Shown in pieces: positions 58,559-64,000 of a stretch of DNA of 64,000 nt (its first letter is position 1; the number at the start of each line of letters is the position of its first letter). The position numbers were made by a program, and so were the translations under genes. The stretch is from an uncultured Chitinophaga sp. (lineage in GTDB: Bacteria > Bacteroidota > Bacteroidia > Chitinophagales > Chitinophagaceae), in NCBI GenBank assembly GCA_964641575.1, contig CAZXMP010000006.1, positions 1,627-65,626 on the forward strand. The letters are read 5' to 3'. The notes beneath the pieces were generated by a model that saw only the letters and a list, made by a program, of their open reading frames with translations, searched no databases and had not been told where the DNA came from.

Positions 58559-60079
58559 ATGAAACTTCTTAGCCCTGCCATATCATCCCTTGCCCGCATG
58601 CGTCTCTGGCGTATAGAAGCCTGGAAAAATAATCCGTTGGATGCACAACGGGAAGTTTTGCAGGATCTTGTTACATCAGCCCAATACACTGAGTTTGGCC
58701 GAAAATATAATTTCTCCAATCTGTTTACTATCCGGGATTTTAAAAATGCTGTTCCTATTCATGAATACAATGATCTGAAGCCATACATAGAACGCATCAT
58801 GAATGGCGAACAGAATATTTTATGGAACACTCCTATCTATTGGTTTGCCAAAAGCAGCGGCACCACCAGCGATAAAAGCAAATTCATTCCGGTAAGCGAT
58901 GAGAGTTTGGAGGATGGGCATTTCAAAGCATCCAAAGATGTATTGTCAATGTATTATCAATTCAAACCCGATTCTGAATTATTGACCGGCAAAGGTTTGG
59001 TGTTAGGCGGCAGTCATAATATCAATCCAATGAATAATGAAGCACAGTACGGCGATCTAAGTGCGGTATTGTTGCAGAACACTCCTTTCTGGGGACATTG
59101 GCTAAGAACACCTGACTTAAGTATTGCGTTGATGGATGAATGGGAAAGTAAGATTGAAAAACTGGCAGAAAGTACCATTAAAGAAAATGTAACTTCTATA
59201 TCCGGAGTACCTACCTGGACACTGGTTCTTTTCCGTCGCATATTAGAACTCACCGGTAAAAAAACCATGAGCGAAGTATGGCCATCGCTTGAATTATATA
59301 TGCACGGCGGAGTTTCATTTGCACCCTACAAAGAACAGTTTCAAAAATTGATTGGAAAAGAAATCAATTACCTGGAGATGTACAATGCCAGCGAAGGTTT
59401 CTTTGCAGCCCAAGATGTGCCGGGCGAAGAAGGCATGTTGCTGTTTACCGACCATGGTAGCTTTATGGAATTTATGCCGGTCAATGAATACGGAAAAAAA
59501 GATCCGCAAACTATTGGATTGCAGGAAGTAGAAATTGGTAGAAATTATGCGCTGATCATAAGTACCAATGGCGGGTTATGGAGATATATGCTCGGCGATA
59601 CTGTACAGTTCACTTCTTTAAAACCGTTCCGTATTAAAGTATCCGGCAGACTAAAACATTATATAAATGCATTTGGCGAAGAGGTGATCGTTGACAATTC
59701 AGACAAAGCTATTGCCATCGCATCAGAAAAAACCGGTGCCGTAGTTAATGATTATACAGCAGCACCAGTTTATTTTTCGGAAAGTTCAAACGGTGCTCAT
59801 GAATGGCTGGTTGAATTTGAGAAAGCTCCTGCCAGCCTTGAAGACTTTACCAAAGAGTTGGATACTGCTTTAAAAAACATCAACAGCGATTACGAAGCTA
59901 AAAGACATAAGAGTATTGCTCTTCGTATGCCCATTATTCATGCAATAAAAAAGGGAACTTTTGCAGAGTGGCTTCGCAGCAAAGGGAAATTGGGCGGACA
60001 GCATAAAGTACCACGTCTTAGTAATGAAAGAACATTAGTAGAAGAAATTCTATTGATCGATAAAAATTACATTTGCTAA
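58559..60079 (+). CDS. GH3 auxin-responsive-promoter-family acyl-adenylate enzyme
   Basis: FAKSSGTT, YNASEGF, GLWRYMLGD, GGQHKVPR. Confidence 0.9.
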   Translation: MKLLSPAISSLARMRLWRIEAWKNNPLDAQREVLQDLVTSAQYTEFGRKYNFSNLFTIRDFKNAVPIHEYNDLKPYIERIMNGEQNILWNTPIYWFAKSSGTTSDKSKFIPVSDESLEDGHFKASKDVLSMYYQFKPDSELLTGKGLVLGGSHNINPMNNEAQYGDLSAVLLQNTPFWGHWLRTPDLSIALMDEWESKIEKLAESTIKENVTSISGVPTWTLVLFRRILELTGKKTMSEVWPSLELYMHGGVSFAPYKEQFQKLIGKEINYLEMYNASEGFFAAQDVPGEEGMLLFTDHGSFMEFMPVNEYGKKDPQTIGLQEVEIGRNYALIISTNGGLWRYMLGDTVQFTSLKPFRIKVSGRLKHYINAFGEEVIVDNSDKAIAIASEKTGAVVNDYTAAPVYFSESSNGAHEWLVEFEKAPASLEDFTKELDTALKNINSDYEAKRHKSIALRMPIIHAIKKGTFAEWLRSKGKLGGQHKVPRLSNERTLVEEILLIDKNYIC

Positions 60080-60095
60080 TACAAATACCAAAACA

Positions 60096-60851
60096 ATGAA
60101 ATTATTAGAAGGAAAAGTTGCCATCGTAACCGGCGCAGCCCGTGGAATTGGCGAAGGCATCGCTATAAAATTTGCGGAGCATGGAGCCAACCTTGCATTT
60201 ACATATGTAAGCGATAGCAGTGCAGAAAAAGCGGCCGCCCTGGAAAGCAAACTAACTGGAATGGGTGTAAAAGCAAAAGCCTATAAAAGTAATGCAGGTG
60301 ATTTTGCCCAATGTGAAGCATTTGTAAATGATGTATTGAAAGAATTTGGAAGTGTGGATGTATGCGTTAACAATGCAGGTATTTCTAAAGATAATTTATT
60401 ACTCCGCATGACACCGGAGCAATGGAATGATGTGATACAGGTAAACCTGAACAGTGTGTTCTATATGACGAAACAAGTCATCCGCCCGATGATGAAAGCA
60501 AAATCTGGCTCTATCATTAATATGAGCTCTATCATTGGCGAAATTGGCAATGCTGGCCAAAGCAGTTATGCAGCCAGTAAAGCCGGCATTATTGGTTTTA
60601 CAAAATCAGTAGCTAAAGAATTGGGAAGCCGAAACATTCGTTGCAATGCCATTGCGCCAGGTTTTGTAGAAACAGATATGACCAGTTACTTAAAAGAAGG
60701 GGAAGCAGCAGATAAATACAAAGCAGGAATACCGTTAGGAAAATTTGCCAGTGCTGAGGATATTGCTAATGCCACACTATTCCTTGCTTCTGATATGTCG
60801 TCGTACATTACAGGACAAACCCTGAGTGTTTGCGGAGGATTAAATATGTAA
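60096..60851 (+). CDS. fabG: 3-oxoacyl-ACP reductase
   Basis: TGAARGIG, NNAGISKD, SYAASKAG, PGFVETDM. Confidence 0.93.
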   Translation: MKLLEGKVAIVTGAARGIGEGIAIKFAEHGANLAFTYVSDSSAEKAAALESKLTGMGVKAKAYKSNAGDFAQCEAFVNDVLKEFGSVDVCVNNAGISKDNLLLRMTPEQWNDVIQVNLNSVFYMTKQVIRPMMKAKSGSIINMSSIIGEIGNAGQSSYAASKAGIIGFTKSVAKELGSRNIRCNAIAPGFVETDMTSYLKEGEAADKYKAGIPLGKFASAEDIANATLFLASDMSSYITGQTLSVCGGLNM

Positions 60852-60896
60852 AGAAAAGACTACAAAACTATAAAGGCGGTTATATCAATTGCCTTT

Positions 60897-61544
60897 TTAT
60901 CCTTTTAACTTTATACCACGTTTTTTAATATACGAATGCCATAATATCATTGAAGCAACAGTTCGGTATGGTCGCCAGGGTTCAGCTATTGTTAGCATCT
61001 CCTCTTTACTTATATCTTTTGGCAATTGTTTTATTTCCTTCAAACTATTTACTAAGGCAATATCTCCCAATGGAAACAGATCAGTTCGTTGTAGTGCATG
61101 CATCAGGTACACATCAATAGTCCAATGGCCGATACCTTTTAATTGAATAAGAATATTTCTCACTTCTTCATCTTTTGCAGCAGCCAACTTTCTCAACACA
61201 ATTTTTTTAGAATGAATTGCTTCAGCTAATCCTCTTGCATAACCCATCTTTTGCCGGGTAAAATAGCAGGCCCGCATTTCTTCGTCGGTGAGCTTTAAAA
61301 TTTTTGGCGGCGTTACATATCCAATCTTGTCTTTCAGTTTTTTAAATGCCGCATATGCAGCTGCTAAAGAAACCTGTTGCTCCAAAATCGTAAGAATCAA
61401 TGTTTGAAACGTATTGGGCCTTGTCCACATGGGTGGAAGTCCATGCTGCTTAATAATGCCGGCTAGGTCAGCATCTTTTTTTGCCAGCTTTCGGCAAATT
61501 CCTGCAAAATTGGTTTCATTAAAAACAAGATATGATGATGTCAT
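60897..61544 (-). CDS. Second AlkA/HhH-GPD DNA glycosylase
   Basis: ILEQQVSL, LKGIGHWTIDVYLM, GDIAL, WRPYRT. Confidence 0.88.
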   Translation of the reverse strand: MTSSYLVFNETNFAGICRKLAKKDADLAGIIKQHGLPPMWTRPNTFQTLILTILEQQVSLAAAYAAFKKLKDKIGYVTPPKILKLTDEEMRACYFTRQKMGYARGLAEAIHSKKIVLRKLAAAKDEEVRNILIQLKGIGHWTIDVYLMHALQRTDLFPLGDIALVNSLKEIKQLPKDISKEEMLTIAEPWRPYRTVASMILWHSYIKKRGIKLKG

Positions 61545-61589
61545 TAAAATTATTGTTTAACTTACGTATAGACCTTAAACCTTTCTGCT

Positions 61590-62129
61590 ATGAAGAAGAT
61601 ACTCCCCTTTCTTTTCATCATGCTTGCAACATCAGTTGTTGCCCAAAATAAGGATTATCTACTCAGTTTGGATGGCATTGGTTCACTAAAAATAGGAATG
61701 CCCTTAGCTGAGTTGCAAAAACAACTACAAACGAAAATTACATTAAAAGTAATTGATACTGACTCCGTGAGACTTACTGAAACAGTCAACGCTAAATACA
61801 AGGGCATCGATGTTGAAATAGACCTGTTCAAAAGACAGGATAATATTATTGTTCTTGATGGGATAAGCTCCAGCAGCTCTTTATGTAAAACAAAATCAGG
61901 CATTGGGATCGGCTCTACTAAGTTGCAAATCATTGCAGCCTATGATGGCTACCATATTGATGCAAAGCCTTATTATGATTATGACAGCGATGACCAACCC
62001 CGAAAAAACAAAACAAAAAGTACTGTAACTATAAAAGAAGATAGAGAAGGTTATGCTATTGTGTTTACCCTGGTAAATAAAAAAGTAGTATCGTTTGTAG
62101 TACTTCCTATCTACGATGATGAAGAGTAG
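61590..62129 (+). CDS. Secreted hypothetical protein
   Basis: Signal peptide; paralog of the next gene. Confidence 0.65.
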   Translation: MKKILPFLFIMLATSVVAQNKDYLLSLDGIGSLKIGMPLAELQKQLQTKITLKVIDTDSVRLTETVNAKYKGIDVEIDLFKRQDNIIVLDGISSSSSLCKTKSGIGIGSTKLQIIAAYDGYHIDAKPYYDYDSDDQPRKNKTKSTVTIKEDREGYAIVFTLVNKKVVSFVVLPIYDDEE

Positions 62130-62148
62130 CTTGCTAATATATTTTATT

Positions 62149-62724
62149 ATGAAAAGAATATTCTTACTCTTTTTTATTGCTGTAGCCTCTTGTGCGGCTG
62201 CACAAAAAAATGATTATACTTTTAGTATGAAAGGGCTTGGTTCATTACAGCTTGGCATGTCGCAGGCCAATGTAGAAAAATTGCTGAAAACAAAAATTCT
62301 CCTTCCAAATTCCCTGGATACAATCAATCATAACTACCAGGATACAGCGAAACTAAAATACAAAAACATTAATGTACAACTTGAGTTTGACCGAAGCTAT
62401 TTTGCTCCTTATAAATTTCGAATGCGGCTAATTGGAATCAGGGCCAGCAGCCCGCTATGTAAAACAGCATCAGGCATTGGTATTGGCACAGATATGCTAA
62501 AAATTATTGCGGCCTACGACAGTTTTCATGTGAGGATTGAACCCGGCTATGTAACTTATTATGAAACCGAAAAAGGGAAAGGAAAAAGTACGCTAAGTAT
62601 TTTAGATGATGTTGCAAGTGTCGGGCAATATGGGGAAGATGCTTACACCATGGTATTTTACCTGCTTAATAAAAAGGTAGTGTCGTTTGAGCTAAAAGCT
62701 AAATTAAAAGACGAAAGAGAATAA
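62149..62724 (+). CDS. Secreted hypothetical protein, tandem paralog of 61590-62129
   Basis: Shared DY..S..G.GSL..GM and LCKT.SGIGIG blocks. Start ATG 62149. Confidence 0.65.
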   Translation: MKRIFLLFFIAVASCAAAQKNDYTFSMKGLGSLQLGMSQANVEKLLKTKILLPNSLDTINHNYQDTAKLKYKNINVQLEFDRSYFAPYKFRMRLIGIRASSPLCKTASGIGIGTDMLKIIAAYDSFHVRIEPGYVTYYETEKGKGKSTLSILDDVASVGQYGEDAYTMVFYLLNKKVVSFELKAKLKDERE

Positions 62725-62733
62725 ATAATAGCT

Positions 62734-63489
62734 CTACTTTGTTTTAAACTTTGCAATTGCCTTTTTTGTAAAATCACTCAGCACTAAACGACCGCTTATT
62801 TTTGCTCTCTCCATCAAAAAATCATTCCAATGCTCCGTTCCCTGCCAGAATATTTTTTTCATATCTGCCATTGCTGCCGGACTTGAATGCGATAATGCAT
62901 TAGCAAGTTTCATTATTGATTCATCCATACCTTGTATATCAGGATGCAGCTCTGCAAACAATCCTTTTCTTCTTGCCCAATCCGCATTGCGCCACATTGT
63001 AGCATCAATAGCTAATTGAGAAAATTCAGATAATCCTATTTTTCTTTCCACCGCCGGGCCAACAACAAACGGACCGATACCTACAGCCAATTCGCTCAAT
63101 TTTACATCGGCACCTTCCGCTGCAATTGCATAATCAACTGCCGCTGCAACACCCACACCGCCCCCTACACATTTACCATGTATACGACCAATAATAAATT
63201 TTGGACAAGTCCTCATGGCATTAATAACATTCGCAAAGCCACTAAAGAACTTTAAGCCTTCTTCTTCATTTTGTATGGCCACTAATTCATCAAAGGATGC
63301 ACCGGCACAAAATGCTTTTTCACCTGCAGAACGAAGTATAATAACAACAGTATTGGGGTCTTCTCCTGCACGGCGAATTGTTGTTGCTAAATCAGCTAAT
63401 ACATGAGCCGGCAACGAATTACTCTGTGAATGAAAAAACTCAATACTTGTTATTCCGTTGTGTGTGGTTGACTTTACATATGCTTCCAT
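62734..63489 (-). CDS. Enoyl-CoA hydratase/isomerase (crotonase family)
   Basis: AFCAGASFDE, GKCVGGGVG, LSELAVGIGP. Confidence 0.9.
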   Translation of the reverse strand: MEAYVKSTTHNGITSIEFFHSQSNSLPAHVLADLATTIRRAGEDPNTVVIILRSAGEKAFCAGASFDELVAIQNEEEGLKFFSGFANVINAMRTCPKFIIGRIHGKCVGGGVGVAAAVDYAIAAEGADVKLSELAVGIGPFVVGPAVERKIGLSEFSQLAIDATMWRNADWARRKGLFAELHPDIQGMDESIMKLANALSHSSPAAMADMKKIFWQGTEHWNDFLMERAKISGRLVLSDFTKKAIAKFKTK

Positions 63490-63499
63490 AAAAAATATT

Positions 63500-64000
63500 T
63501 TAGTCGTTATGAACTTTAATTTCCTGACCTACTTTTATTATTCCATTGCCCTTGTGTAACAGGTTCATACCGAATTTTATTTTTTTGTCAATTGTACGAT
63601 AAGTGGCTAATGTCTTTAATGGCTCCTTTCCGGCAACAGTGGTTTCCTGGTCAATAGTTGTTACTACACAGCGGCCACAAGTTTTTACTCCAAAGAAATC
63701 AATTGTATTAATAGTAAAATGCCTCCAGCTGTCTTCAATAAAAGGAGCGGCTTCTGTAAAAACAATATTCGGTCTAAAACGATTAACAGGAATTGGTTCT
63801 TCCAGTTTATTATTTAACTCATCTAACGATGATTGCCCGATGATTAGAAAAGGATAGCCATCTGAGAAAGAGGTTACCTCATTATTTTTTGCATATGGAA
63901 GCTCTACCATTCTTTTGGTAGTGTCCGGCATATAAACCAGTTCGCAATCAATCCCCAGCATTTCATTGAACCAGGCATCCATTTCCCGATCATCATAACA
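63500..64000 (-). CDS. MOSC-domain protein, 5'-truncated by the window edge
   Basis: FSDGYPFLI, RFRPNIVF, CGRCVVTTID, FGMNL; frame stays open to 64000. Confidence 0.9.
   Translation of the reverse strand, partial: CYDDREMDAWFNEMLGIDCELVYMPDTTKRMVELPYAKNNEVTSFSDGYPFLIIGQSSLDELNNKLEEPIPVNRFRPNIVFTEAAPFIEDSWRHFTINTIDFFGVKTCGRCVVTTIDQETTVAGKEPLKTLATYRTIDKKIKFGMNLLHKGNGIIKVGQEIKVHND

Noticed and set aside
60825-60835. AAACCCTGAGT seed match inside fabG (and AAACTCTGAG at about 53330 on the non-coding strand)
   Set aside because: Matches of this length are plausible by chance in 64 kb and lie outside leaders; noted as a caution for the sRNA-target claim.
32939-61544. Two AlkA-like glycosylases as a special repair system
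   Set aside because: They are 27 kb apart, divergent and in unrelated contexts; multiple HhH-GPD paralogs are ordinary.
1342-63857. Numerous short ORFs antisense to or overlapping the called genes in the ORF track
   Set aside because: They are shadows of well-supported genes, with no recognisable motifs or initiation context.

Overview
A 64-kb chromosomal window from an AT-rich Bacteroidota genome, most like Chitinophagaceae. The basis is the T9SS C-terminal sorting domains, TAnnTTTG-type -7 promoter boxes and A-rich start regions with no obvious Shine-Dalgarno. It holds a TetR-linked phenylacetate (paa) cluster interrupted by an HNH/NUMOD4 gene and a four-helix-bundle gene, three tandem T9SS cargo genes, housekeeping genes (obgE, cysS, rlmD, metF, lptB, fabG), mrr, ECF and LytS/LytTR modules, a thiol-redox cluster and a large secreted caspase-family protein. 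I found no rRNA, tRNA, CRISPR array, transposase or integrase. The most interesting signals are non-coding. (1) A near-identical 65-nt terminator-ended element sits after each of two T9SS cargo genes, and its 5' part is complementary to the start codons and leader repeats of those genes: a candidate multi-copy sRNA circuit, or a recombination-site pair. (2) mrr is bracketed exactly by a 14/15-bp inverted repeat with GTT/AAC ends and followed by an attC-like hairpin, i.e. an integron-like cassette with no integrase in view. (3) The four-helix-bundle gene is looped out by a 14-bp perfect inverted repeat, and there are apparently empty inverted-arm sites elsewhere. (4) Several families of short palindromes and heptamers are inserted in frame inside proteins. 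All alignments and pairings were done by eye and no database searches were run.
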